Source: Vicinamibacterales bacterium
GTDB taxonomy: Bacteria; Acidobacteriota; Vicinamibacteria; Vicinamibacterales; UBA2999
Assembly: GCA_036521515.1 (NCBI GenBank)
Contig: DATDHP010000379.1
Span: 1 to 39,049 of the forward strand
DNA: 39,049 nt
Direction of reading: 5' to 3'
Positions within the stretch are counted from its first letter, which is position 1; each line of letters starts with the position of its first letter. Shown one piece after another: positions 9,501 to 17,544 of the stretch. The translations under genes were made by a program, and so were the position numbers. Under the pieces are notes generated by a model that worked only from the letters and a program-made list of their open reading frames with translations, had not been told where the DNA came from and made no database searches.

Positions 9501-9702
9501 AGAGAGGAGCGGTGCCGCCGTTGTAAATTTCGACGAAATCGTGGGTGAAGGGTGCGCCGCTGTTGCCGCCGCCTCCGTAGATCTGACTGATGACGAGGCC
9601 CGACGACACGGCCTGGGCGGTATGGAAGAGATCGCGGGGAGCCGCAATCGACAGACAGATCAGGGCCACCGTACCGGCAGCCAGACGTCGTATGGAAGCC
9701 AT
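6562..9702 (-). CDS. ExeM/NucH-type extracellular nuclease (LTD domain plus endonuclease/exonuclease/phosphatase domain plus C-terminal Ig/DUF11-like repeats)
   Basis: Has a signal peptide. The lamin-tail domain reads VISQIYGGGGNSGAPFTHDFVEIYNGGTAPLSLDGLSIQY...GTDFVV. The EEP region is FTIASLNLENF...VLGDMNAFEF...ISDHDAAV. The C-terminal repeats read TNVRVSAVLPPGLTF and GRIYTITISATDEAGG. Confidence 0.85.
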   Translation of the reverse strand: MASIRRLAAGTVALICLSIAAPRDLFHTAQAVSSGLVISQIYGGGGNSGAPFTHDFVEIYNGGTAPLSLDGLSIQYTSATGAANFGSSSTQRTELPAVTLGPGAYFLVQEASNAAVGSPLPTPDHIDNDPIPMSATAGKVALVTGTDTLGCNGGSTPCDPAALARIIDLVGYGGANFFEGQQPTQAPSNTTAVVRTPGNVDTDENGTDFVVATPNPRNGGVIPPDPTPTTIHELQGDGPGSPFVGLDVVTTGIVTTRKTNGFFIQTPDGADDGRPETSEGVFVFTGTVPPQNVQLGDEVRVTGRVAEFKGSTAVQPGTLTEITGAAIETLSSGHALPAPLDLATLLPPPDVVIFESREEQFESFEGMLVGAPVMEVVAPTNGFGELSAVISGVARPFRQPGVDIAETLPGEAPATVPRFDGNFERVMLDSDDARFTVTPSNTVDQRFPLNLAAGAFFAPVTVHNVFGPLDYAFDNYRVVLDASATAAGGRLPSPVRAAIAGEFTIASLNLENFRDGTPNFAERMQKAARVIVEVLATPDVLGAIEVGDLDDLQQLAALVNAAAGTSYEAYLEDGDGQSTGFEQNIGYLVNRARIDVLGTEQVYRGKTFDFAGSTDLLHDRPPFILEARVIDTGTAVTVILNHLRSLIDVNSHELIGATGLTVGARVREKRRLQAEDLADLIAAHIDENLVVLGDMNAFEFNDGLVDVIGTLKGTPAPPDQVTEPSVDRWLHTLFDLADLLPPPFRYSYVFEGSAQVLDHMLINARMRDHLTLFAYARNNADFPESFEADFTVTTRISDHDAAVGYFRPRADVGVAATASSPAVAGSAVTLQVVAGNDGEGATNVRVSAVLPPGLTFQSATLPAGWACSTLGGTVTCQTGTLGAGQSVTLDITALLSCTVANATLLAVPVAIESDTADADTTNNMATASIEVANPAPAITDVSVSRSQLLFPSHRMVPVAVSYTASDACGLATSALRVTSDEPVLGAGQGLAGLTAPDWIVLGPHDVLLRAERSRRGDGRIYTITISATDEAGGTSTAHATVTVPRQ

Positions 9703-9814
9703 GGCCTTCCCTCGAGTTAACGAGTGGAGGCCAGTAGTTGTAACAGACAGGAAGGGCTGGCGTCGCAGAATCTGCGCGACGGCCGGCGGAAATACAACGC
9801 TCTGTGCCCAGCCC

Positions 9815-9854
9815 GGGCCGGCTGAAGTACGTAGGGGCCGGCTTCAGCCGGCCC
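9815..9854 (-). terminator. GC hairpin downstream of the HTH gene (gggccggc-ttca-gccggccc, with an alternative longer pairing)
   Basis: Perfect 8-bp stem and 4-nt loop at 9835-9854, beginning 11 nt after the TAA at 9866-9868. Alternative arms are gggccggctgaag (9815-9827) and cttcagccggccc (9842-9854). No U-tract. The core ccggctgaagccgg is related to the REP-like units. Confidence 0.4.
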
Positions 9855-9865
9855 GTGGAAGATGT

Positions 9866-10366
9866 TTACGAGCTGGTGCGAGGCTGGCGCTTGGGGCGCG
9901 CGTGGTGGGTCGCCATTGCGCCTGCGGCGCGCATCCACAGAGCACGGCCCGCGCTGGCCAGGACGCCTGCGGCCGCGACGTGCCAGGGCTGCTTCTGCAG
10001 GATGTTGATCTCGGGTGCGCTCCGGCGCCGTTCCTGCTCCGGGGCGACCTCCTGCTGATACTCGGAGGTGTGGGCCACGATGGCGGCCATCTCTTCGATG
10101 GTTGGCTGCGCGCGCCGGTCGCCCTGCGGGAACAACCGGCAGAACTCGTCGACGGTATCCATCGGGTCGAGTCCGACCGCGCTGGCGTATGCGCGGATCC
10201 AGGACCGCGCATAGAGACCGCGCGGCCATCCGGACAGATCGTTCTTCTCGAGCGCCTCGAGCAACTCGGGCTTCACGTTCGTCTCGACCGCGATCTCCTC
10301 GAGCGAGATGCGATTGCGTTGACGGTGACGGCGCAGACGGATAACGAATGTTTCCTGAGCGGTCAT
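9866..10366 (-). CDS. Helix-turn-helix domain protein (RodZ/HTH_25-like N-terminus)
   Basis: MTAQETFVIRLRRHRQRNRISLEEIAVETNVKPELLEALEKNDLSGWPRGLYARSWIRAYASAVGLDP. GGGAGA lies 9 nt upstream of the ATG at 10366. The track ORF extends to 10438. Confidence 0.65.
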   Translation of the reverse strand: MTAQETFVIRLRRHRQRNRISLEEIAVETNVKPELLEALEKNDLSGWPRGLYARSWIRAYASAVGLDPMDTVDEFCRLFPQGDRRAQPTIEEMAAIVAHTSEYQQEVAPEQERRRSAPEINILQKQPWHVAAAGVLASAGRALWMRAAGAMATHHARPKRQPRTSS

Positions 10367-10612
10367 TGTCCTTGGTCTCCCGGATCGGGGTGTAACCACA
10401 GCAATTACCGCGCCTCGAGCGGTTCCAAGGCCCGCCACGCTAGCTGTTCAGCCGGCAAGACTTAGCCAAACGACCAAAATTGTGATCCAGGGCGCGTGTT
10501 TCAAAATGATGCCTGGCGATAACAATTGTGTAGCGATACCGCCACTTTTTGCGGCGTTGAGGCGCCGGGGGGAACCACCGGGAAGAGGCGTGCGGCAACG
10601 TGCAGGCCGGCC

Positions 10613-11431
10613 TCAGGAAAGTGCCGGAACTTCGCCATTCAAGTACGCGGACAGCCGGCCCGGCGCGAACTGCACTCCCGTGTAGAACGGCCCGAACTCC
10701 GCGAACTTCGCCGAAGCTTCGTCGAACCGCATCTCGTAGATCAACTTCTTGAAGACGAGCGGATCCTTCGCGAAGAGATCGACGCCCCATTCCCAGTCGT
10801 CGTAGCCAATCGATCCCGAGATCACCTGCGTCACCTTGCCCGCGTAGCCGCGGCCAATCATGCCGTGCTCGCGCATCATGCTCGCGCGGCGCTCGAAGGG
10901 CTCGGTGTACCAGTTCTCCGCTTCTCCGCGACGCTTGTTCATCGGGTAGAAGCAGACGTAGCGCGCCTGCGGCAGATCGAGGAACAGGCGGCTCATCACG
11001 CGCTGCCGCTGCGTTTCCATCTCGGCGTCGAACGCCTGCTCGAACTCCTCGCTGCCCGGCTTCAGCTTCGCACCCAGTTGCTCGTGGATCTTCGCGGTCA
11101 TCTCGTACATGCCCAGCTCCACGATCGACACGTACGACGAGGTCGCCTCGAGCCCGTCGTGCAGCTCGGTGCGAGACAGCGCGAGCTGCGCCTGCGCGAG
11201 CTGCTCGAAGTCCCGGCGGAAGCAGATGAACATCAGGTCAGCCTTGTGCCCCAGCATCTGCACGTAAGCCGTGGCGCCGGCGTCGGGGACCGTGAGCGCG
11301 GCTACCGCTTCCTCGGCCAGGCGCTCGCGCTCCGCCGTCTTCATTCCGCGCAGCCGATCCCACCGGACGCGGTACATCAGGTGCAGCAGGCTCCAGCCTT
11401 CCAGCGTCTCCGGAACTACTGGGTTGTGCAT
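10613..11431 (-). CDS. Chlorite dismutase family protein / coproheme decarboxylase (HemQ/ChdC-like)
   Basis: 272 aa. GWSLLHLMYRVRW, YVSIVELGMYE, ARYVCFYPMNKRRGEAENWY, MREHGMIGRGYAGKVTQVISGSIGYDDWEWGVDLF. Confidence 0.85.
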   Translation of the reverse strand: MHNPVVPETLEGWSLLHLMYRVRWDRLRGMKTAERERLAEEAVAALTVPDAGATAYVQMLGHKADLMFICFRRDFEQLAQAQLALSRTELHDGLEATSSYVSIVELGMYEMTAKIHEQLGAKLKPGSEEFEQAFDAEMETQRQRVMSRLFLDLPQARYVCFYPMNKRRGEAENWYTEPFERRASMMREHGMIGRGYAGKVTQVISGSIGYDDWEWGVDLFAKDPLVFKKLIYEMRFDEASAKFAEFGPFYTGVQFAPGRLSAYLNGEVPALS

Positions 11432-11453
11432 CGGATCATGTTAACTCTCAAAC

Positions 11454-12998
11454 TCACTGGGTTCCTCCAAGCTGTTGCACGCCGCCGGGGGAAACTGCCG
11501 CATTCCTCAACTGTCCCGTTCCGGTCTGCGGCGCCGGCTGCGACGGGGCCGCCGGCGGGGGCGGCGTGAACTGCTGCTGCCCTCCACCCTGTCCCGTTCC
11601 GCCGGCGCCAATCGGCAGATCAGGCAGGAGCGCGACCCGGGCGCGCGCCACCTGCAGGTCGCGACCCGCCTGCGCGCGGTTGGCCTCGGCCTGCTGGAGC
11701 AGCAGGCGCGAGTCCGACCGCTCGAGCTGCGTCGAGACGCCCGCCTGAAACCGCACGTCCGCGATCTCGTAGGCGCGAGTTGCCTGCTCGACTGTTCCTG
11801 CCGTCGCTTCCCAGGCCGCGCGGGCAGCAACCAGCTCCGCCAACGCCGACCGCGTGTCGAGCGCGGCCAGCTCCTCCGCCTGGCGAAGCTGCACTCGCGC
11901 CTGTTCGAGGTCGGCCGTCGCGACGAGTTCGTCGCCGCGCTGCCGTCCACCCGTCAAGAGGGGCATCTGCACATTCACGCCCACCGTCCAATTCAAGAGG
12001 CCGAACGTGGGCAGGAAGTTGTCCGGATACGCCACTCGTCCGTAGAGGGACGTGAGCGCCACGCTCGGCATGCGCTCCGCCTTGGCGGCCGCGAGAGCCG
12101 CCTCGCGCAGGCTGACCGCCGTCGCGGCCTGCTTGACGGGGGCGCGGTCGACCTGCGGCGCGGGCGCGCGCAGCGCGACCTGCACCGGATCGCTGACCTG
12201 GATCGCGGCTTCGATGGGGAGCACCCGGGCTGCGAACACCGGCGGCGCCGCGGCGTCGCCGGAGAGCGAATCCGCCAGCGCAATGTCCTGATCCGCCGGC
12301 AGATCGAGCAGCTGCTTGAGGCGAAGGAGGGCCACCTCGCGGTTGACCCGCTGGCGAATCAGGTTCGGGTTCTGCGTGTCGCGGCTCACGCGCGCGCGCA
12401 GCACCTCGAACTCGGGCTGCGTGCCGGCCTGGAATCCGGCCTCGGTCTGCCGCAACGTCGCGGTGGCCTGGCCGACCGTGGCTTCCGCAATCGCCACCAG
12501 GCGGTCGCTCAGAGCCGCGTTGTAATAGGCCTGCGTGACGTCGAACAACAGCTGCGCGCGCGAGGTGACCAACCCGAGCAGCGCCGACTCGCGCCCGGCC
12601 AGCGCCAGGTCGCGCTGTGCGCCGATCCGACCGCCGGAGTACAGGTTCTGGGAGAGCGCGAGGTTCACGCGAAAGGTGTTCTTGCGGCCGAACGGCAGCT
12701 CCTCGACGCCCGGCTCTCCTCCGAAGCCCACGTCGTCGAAGACGCCCTCGAACTCCGAAGCGAGCGCGCGATCGTACGAGAAGGAGACGCTCAGCTGCGG
12801 GAACAGACCGCTCCGTGCGCGGACGTCCTCGCCCTCGGCGTGCCGGATTCCGGCGCGCGCGATGGCGATCGATTCGCTGCGCTCCTCGGCGAGCGCGAGG
12901 ACCTGCTCGAGCGTCAACGGCCCCACGGCGGGGGTCTGCGCGGAGGCCAACAGCGGCAACAACGTGACAACACACACAACAGCGGCAGCTTGACGCAT
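11454..12998 (-). CDS. TolC family outer membrane efflux protein with G/Q/P-rich C-terminal tail
   Basis: Signal peptide MRQAAAVVCVVTLLPLLASAQT. LTLEQVLALAEERSESIAIARAGI and GLFPQLSVSFSY, with duplicated helical repeats. The tail reads GAGGTGQGGGQQQFTPPPPAAPSQPAPQ. Confidence 0.88.
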   Translation of the reverse strand: MRQAAAVVCVVTLLPLLASAQTPAVGPLTLEQVLALAEERSESIAIARAGIRHAEGEDVRARSGLFPQLSVSFSYDRALASEFEGVFDDVGFGGEPGVEELPFGRKNTFRVNLALSQNLYSGGRIGAQRDLALAGRESALLGLVTSRAQLLFDVTQAYYNAALSDRLVAIAEATVGQATATLRQTEAGFQAGTQPEFEVLRARVSRDTQNPNLIRQRVNREVALLRLKQLLDLPADQDIALADSLSGDAAAPPVFAARVLPIEAAIQVSDPVQVALRAPAPQVDRAPVKQAATAVSLREAALAAAKAERMPSVALTSLYGRVAYPDNFLPTFGLLNWTVGVNVQMPLLTGGRQRGDELVATADLEQARVQLRQAEELAALDTRSALAELVAARAAWEATAGTVEQATRAYEIADVRFQAGVSTQLERSDSRLLLQQAEANRAQAGRDLQVARARVALLPDLPIGAGGTGQGGGQQQFTPPPPAAPSQPAPQTGTGQLRNAAVSPGGVQQLGGTQ

Positions 12999-13017
12999 TT
13001 CTACGACCTCGACCCAT

Positions 13018-13165
13018 TATCGATTGGGGATTCTCGAATCTTGATTCGTTGTTGATTCTCGATTGTTGATTGTTGGGCTGCCGAATCGACTCGGCCATAA
13101 CTCAGCAGTCGCCAATCAACAATCAACAACGATTCAACAATCGAAGATCAGAAATCAAGAATCGA
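13018..13165. repeat. AT-rich TTGATTG/CAATCAA palindromic element, copy 2
   Basis: Left arm cgattggggattctcgaatcttgattcgttgttgattctcgattgttgattgttggg. Right arm ccaatcaacaatcaacaacgattcaacaatcgaagatcagaaatcaagaatcgac. It shares the ttgttgattgttgatt and gaatcagaaatcaa-type strings with 6388-6559. Confidence 0.85.
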
Positions 13166-14572
13166 CTAAGACCGCTCGAGGTGAAACGCCTCGTGCAGCG
13201 CGCGCACCGCGGCCGGCGCCTCGCGTTCGGTGACGACGAGCGAGATGTTGCGCTCAGACGATCCCTGTGAGATGGCGATGACGTTGATGTTCGCCGAACC
13301 GAGCGCGCCGAACACGGTCGCCGCGATCCCTGGCGTGCCGCGCATGCGATCGCCCACCGCGGCCACGATCGCGACCGACTGCTCCGCGGCGATCTCCTCG
13401 ATGTGCCCCCGCATCAACTCGATCTCGAGCGCGCGGCGCAGCGCCGTCAGCACGCGCGGCGCTTCCGACTCGTTGATGACGAAACAGATGTTGTTCTCTG
13501 ACGACGCCTGCGAAATCATCAGCACGTTGGCCTGCTCTTCGGCCACGACGTCGAACGCCTTTGCCGCAATGCCGGGGATGCCCTGCATGCCGGTGCCGCT
13601 GATCGCGATGAGCGCCACCTTGCGGATGGACGTCACCGCCTTCACGCCGCTGGCCGACGGGTCGCCTTCCACGCTGACGCGCGTCCCGGGATGATCGGGG
13701 TTGAAGCTGTTGAGGATGCGCACCGGGATGCGCTGGCGGAACGCGGGAAGAATCGTCTTGTAGTGCAGGACCTTTGCTCCGTAGTACGCCAGCTCCGACG
13801 CCTCGCTGTAAGAGATCTCGGCAAGCGTCCGCGCTTCCGGGACTTCCGCCGGATTGGCGGTCATGACGCCGTCCACGTCCGTCCAGATCCAGACTTCATC
13901 CGCGTCGACGGCCGCGCCGACGATCGACGCCGAATAGTCCGACCCGCCGCGTCCGAGCGTCGTCAGCACGCCGTCCTCCGTGGCGCCGATGAAGCCGGTA
14001 ATCACCGGGATCTCGCCCGCCGCCATCATCGGCTCGAGCCGCGCGCGCGTCTTGACGCGCGTGTCCGCCATCCGAGGCTCGGCCTCGCCGAACTGATCCG
14101 TCGTCACGATGAGCTCTGTGGCGTCCACCGCCTGGGACACAGGCCCTCTGGCCGCAATCGCCGCTGAGAGCAGCGGCGCGGTGAGCATCTCGCCGGTGCC
14201 CGAAATCGCGTCGAGCAGGCGCGGCGTGAGCTCGTGCACCATCGACAGCCCGAAGCAGAGCTTCTCGAATCGATCGAGGCGCTTCTGCAGCGAGTCGAGG
14301 ACGGCGGCATGGCGCGCCCGATCGCTCCCGATCAGCGTGTCGGCCACGACCTTGTGCCGGTCGAACAGATGGTGGCGCACCGATGCGTCCCACTGCCCTT
14401 CCGACGCGCGCCGCGCCGCGTGTATCAACGTGTCGGTGACCTTGCTCATCGCGGAGGTCACCACCGCCACCTCGTGGCCCCTGGAGGCCGTGGCCACCGC
14501 GAGCTCCGCGGCCTGCGCAATACGCTCGGCGGAACCGACGGACGTGCCACCGAACTTCATGATGATTCTCAT
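13166..14572 (-). CDS. Aspartate kinase, second paralog (468 aa, long monofunctional class)
   Basis: MRIIMKFGGTSVGS, VAVVTSAMSKVTDTL and LGRGGSDYSASIVGAAV, with two ACT-like regions at the C-terminus. Confidence 0.9.
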   Translation of the reverse strand: MRIIMKFGGTSVGSAERIAQAAELAVATASRGHEVAVVTSAMSKVTDTLIHAARRASEGQWDASVRHHLFDRHKVVADTLIGSDRARHAAVLDSLQKRLDRFEKLCFGLSMVHELTPRLLDAISGTGEMLTAPLLSAAIAARGPVSQAVDATELIVTTDQFGEAEPRMADTRVKTRARLEPMMAAGEIPVITGFIGATEDGVLTTLGRGGSDYSASIVGAAVDADEVWIWTDVDGVMTANPAEVPEARTLAEISYSEASELAYYGAKVLHYKTILPAFRQRIPVRILNSFNPDHPGTRVSVEGDPSASGVKAVTSIRKVALIAISGTGMQGIPGIAAKAFDVVAEEQANVLMISQASSENNICFVINESEAPRVLTALRRALEIELMRGHIEEIAAEQSVAIVAAVGDRMRGTPGIAATVFGALGSANINVIAISQGSSERNISLVVTEREAPAAVRALHEAFHLERS

Positions 14573-14673
14573 CGGGCTTCGGATCTCATCGGGCTTCGGG
14601 CTCGGGCTTCGGTCACGACATCACACACCTGTGCGGTTGGAGGCAGCGGGCCCGAAGCCTGAAGCCTGGAGCC
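14571..14673. repeat. GGGCTTCG/CGAAGCCC low-complexity hairpin abutting the aspartokinase-2 start codon
   Basis: Arms atcgggcttcggatctcatcgggcttcgggctcgggcttcgg (14571-14612) and gggcccgaagcctgaagcctggagcc (14648-14673), separated by a unique 35-nt centre. Confidence 0.7.
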
Positions 14674-14680
14674 ACGAGCG

Positions 14681-17386
14681 CTACTGGATGCGCGCCGGCT
14701 CCGCTGTCGGATACAAGATGCCGTTGAAGAGGAATTTGAAGGTGCCGTGCGGCTGCGCGCGAAACGTGATCTGCGGGCCGAACAGCAGCACGCGCCCGCG
14801 CCCGCGCGTAACCTCCGCGGCTGCCACGCCCTCGCGGAGGTAGTGCTGCCCCCAGGCCCACCCGCTGCGGAGCGGGGACGCAGTCGCGAACCACGCCACC
14901 CGGCGCGCGGCCGCATCGGGCTGGAGCCGCATCACGGGGCTGTTGTCGAAGAACACATCCACCTCGGTGTCGAACCCGTACCCGAGCGGTGAGCCGTTGT
15001 CCACTCGCACTCGCAGAATCGACCCGGGCACGTAGTATTTCTCCCGCGTCAGCGGCTGCATTGAGCCGTCGCCGCGCGGCTCGACGAGCGCACTGGTGAT
15101 CCCCAGGCGCAGGTGCGACGCGATCGACGTGGAGCCGCCGATCGCCAGCAGAGTCCCCCCGTCCTCGACGAACTCCTCGAGCGCCGGAACGGTTTTCGCG
15201 AGCGTCACGACCCCGGTCCGGCCGCGATACGCCTCCGGCAGATTCTCGGGCTCGCGGTGCTCCAAGCGTTCGCGCTCCGGAATCAGATCGTCCGCGAAGA
15301 TCAGCACGTCGAATCGCCGCGCCAGACGGCCCTCGTCGAGCGTTGACGGATAGACCACGTCAAAGGGAAACTCGTAGCGCTCCAGCAGCCAGCGAATCCA
15401 GCCGCTCGCGGGCGACCCGCCGTACTGATCGGCCAGCCCGATCCTCACGGGACGCAGCCTCAACGCGTCGCCGCCCGGAGCGGCCTCAACACCGGTAAAC
15501 GTGAGGCCGAGATCGACCGCCGCCTTCTCGAGACGGGCGCGCGTGGACGGCTTCGTCGCGACGTACATTGCGCCTGCTCCGCGCGGCGCGCCGCCGATCG
15601 CGCGATCCCGCGGCCAGTACACTTCCTCGCCTGCCTGAAGGAGGCGGTTCACGGCCACGAACGCATCGTTCTGGTGATGACTGACCAGGTAGCCCGCAGG
15701 GGCGTCGGCGACCTTTCCTGCTGATGCCGGCCTCCCCGCTGGCACGACACGGCCCGCTGGCGGCCCGACCTCCGCCGTCAGCTTCTCGAACGGACCATCG
15801 AAGCCGTCGAGCACGCGGTCGAAGGCCACGCCCATCTGGAACGCCAGCGTCCAGCCGGCGCTGTCGTACGGCGGCGTGGGTGACGCACCGGGATAAGGAA
15901 TGTCGTCGGGATGATCCTGGGGCTCGAACATGTCGAGCACGTGCGGGCGGAATGCCTGTGCCGCCTTCACCACGAACGAGCCCGCCGGATAGGTCTTGCT
16001 CCCCACGCTGAACACCGCGGTCGCGCGGTGCACGTCGATGCCGTTGCGGATGAGCGTGTTCACGAACTTTGTCGCCGTCGGGAAATCGGGCTGGTCCGAC
16101 GGCAGGATGTAACCACGCGCATCGCGCTGCCCGGGGTCTGGCGTGCGCGTCAGCGGCCGGTGCGGGTACACCGTCCACGAGTCGCGGCTGCCGCGCTCGA
16201 TGGAGTTCATGCCCATTCGATAGATGTTGTAGAGCAGCGTTTCCCGGTAGCGCGACGCCACGTCGAGCACGGCGCGGTTGGCGGTCATCGAGTAGTCGAT
16301 GGACTGACGGAAGCGCCACGTCTGCGGCGCGATTGGCAGCGGCAGGTCGGCGGTCGGCCGCTGCCGCTCCCGCACGAACGGGATGTCCATCGGCGTGGGA
16401 CTGCCGATGGTCTCCGTCAACAGTCCGATCTGATTGTGGAAGTACACCGTCGTCCGGAGCCCGCCGTTCCACCACGTCGAGTAGGTCGCCCCCGACCGCA
16501 TCGTGACGCCGCGCTTGCCCTCGGCAGCGAAGCGGGCGTGCATGGCGGCCGCCACGAGGTCGATGCCGACAGGAATCAGCGGGTCGTAGACGTAGTTGAA
16601 GGGGTCGCGGAACGGCGGCGCGAACATCACCGTGCCCGGAGGGGCGCTCTGATGATGGTTGTAGACGATCTGCGGGAACCACTCGTGGTAGAGCACGCGG
16701 TTCATGTTGATCGTCTCGGCCTGCGTGGACATGTAGAAGTCGCGGTTGTTATCGTGGCCCGCGTACTTCTGGTACAGCCGTGGCAATCCGGCCAGGGTCC
16801 GGCGCGTCGGCACCCGCTCGCGCATGTACCAATCGCCGACGAGCGCGTGGCCATCAGGGTTCGCGTGCACGGCGAGGACGATCACGTCTCGGAGGAACCG
16901 CTGCGTCTCCGCGTCGTTTGCACTTACGAGCTGGTACACGATCTCGATCAACTGCTGCGCGCCCAGCACTTCGTCGGCGTGGAGCCCGCCGTCGATCCAG
17001 ACGACGGCGCGGCCTTCCTGCGCGAGCGAGCGGGCGTCCTCGTCGGTCAGCCCCTCGGCGCGCGCCAGGCGGCGCGAGATGGCCTTGTAGCGTTCGAGCC
17101 GCGGAAAATTCTCAGGGGCCGTGATGACGGCCATCCACTGGCTGCGGCCCTCCTCGGTCTTCCCCAGATCGACGAGCGCCATGCGGTTGGATTCGCGATC
17201 CAGCTTCTTCCAGTAGTCCTCGAACTGGCGCCAGGTCGCGAGGAAGTAGTCGTCACCGATGGCGGCGCCGAACTGCTGCGTCGGGGACGTGATCGAGGCG
17301 GTGGCACGCGGCTGTGTGCCCGCCGGCCCGATGGACAGCAGCAGCAGCAGCGTCGCAAGCGACAGCGCGCGGGCGCGACGGACCAT
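14681..17386 (-). CDS. M14 family zinc carboxypeptidase-like metallopeptidase (about 901 aa) with signal peptide
   Basis: Start chosen at MVRRARALSLATLLLLLSIGPAGTQ (ATG at 17386). The track ORF is extended to 17575 through the REP units. Motifs are WIDGGLHADEVLG (HxxE) and LAVHANPDGH. Confidence 0.85.
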   Translation of the reverse strand: MVRRARALSLATLLLLLSIGPAGTQPRATASITSPTQQFGAAIGDDYFLATWRQFEDYWKKLDRESNRMALVDLGKTEEGRSQWMAVITAPENFPRLERYKAISRRLARAEGLTDEDARSLAQEGRAVVWIDGGLHADEVLGAQQLIEIVYQLVSANDAETQRFLRDVIVLAVHANPDGHALVGDWYMRERVPTRRTLAGLPRLYQKYAGHDNNRDFYMSTQAETINMNRVLYHEWFPQIVYNHHQSAPPGTVMFAPPFRDPFNYVYDPLIPVGIDLVAAAMHARFAAEGKRGVTMRSGATYSTWWNGGLRTTVYFHNQIGLLTETIGSPTPMDIPFVRERQRPTADLPLPIAPQTWRFRQSIDYSMTANRAVLDVASRYRETLLYNIYRMGMNSIERGSRDSWTVYPHRPLTRTPDPGQRDARGYILPSDQPDFPTATKFVNTLIRNGIDVHRATAVFSVGSKTYPAGSFVVKAAQAFRPHVLDMFEPQDHPDDIPYPGASPTPPYDSAGWTLAFQMGVAFDRVLDGFDGPFEKLTAEVGPPAGRVVPAGRPASAGKVADAPAGYLVSHHQNDAFVAVNRLLQAGEEVYWPRDRAIGGAPRGAGAMYVATKPSTRARLEKAAVDLGLTFTGVEAAPGGDALRLRPVRIGLADQYGGSPASGWIRWLLERYEFPFDVVYPSTLDEGRLARRFDVLIFADDLIPERERLEHREPENLPEAYRGRTGVVTLAKTVPALEEFVEDGGTLLAIGGSTSIASHLRLGITSALVEPRGDGSMQPLTREKYYVPGSILRVRVDNGSPLGYGFDTEVDVFFDNSPVMRLQPDAAARRVAWFATASPLRSGWAWGQHYLREGVAAAEVTRGRGRVLLFGPQITFRAQPHGTFKFLFNGILYPTAEPARIQ

Positions 17387-17429
17387 CAAGGTCCGTATGA
17401 TAGACCGGGGGTGAGACCCCGCGGCCGAT

Positions 17430-17491
17430 CTTCCGGCTGAAGCCGGAAGCCACAGGTACTCAAAGTTGTGGCTTCCGCCTTCAGGCGGAAG
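17430..17491. repeat. Inverted pair of 25-nt REP-like units (BIME-like)
   Basis: Unit 1 is cttccggc-tgaa-gccggaag-ccaca (17430-17454). A 12-nt spacer follows. Unit 2 is tgtgg-cttccgcc-ttca-ggcggaag (17467-17491). Each unit is itself a perfect 8-bp hairpin. Confidence 0.9.
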
Positions 17492-17544
17492 CACGGCTAG
17501 CGGGGTCAAGCCCCTGTCCAAGTCGACTCGAGTTGGGGGTCCTT

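Noticed and set aside
7306-9720. 804-aa plus-strand ORF opposite the nuclease
   Set aside because: It is antisense to the LTD/EEP nuclease and is Arg/Glu/Val/His-rich with no motifs.
10439-10612. Possible small gene or ncRNA in the 174-bp spacer between the hemQ-like and HTH genes (track ORF 10482..10685)
   Set aside because: The ORF overlaps the hemQ-like 3' end, has poor composition and no SD. The region looks like an ordinary promoter spacer with a small hairpin (cgccac-ttttt-gcggcg) only.
11475-13098. 526-aa plus-strand and 492-aa minus-strand alternate-frame ORFs over tolC
   Set aside because: They are Arg/Gly/Pro-rich. The tolC frame has a signal peptide and the TolC repeat structure.
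15486-17440. 398-aa and 509-aa ORFs overlapping the M14 peptidase
   Set aside because: They are alternate-frame or antisense artefacts; only the 14681..17386 frame carries the HxxE and HANPDGH metallopeptidase motifs.
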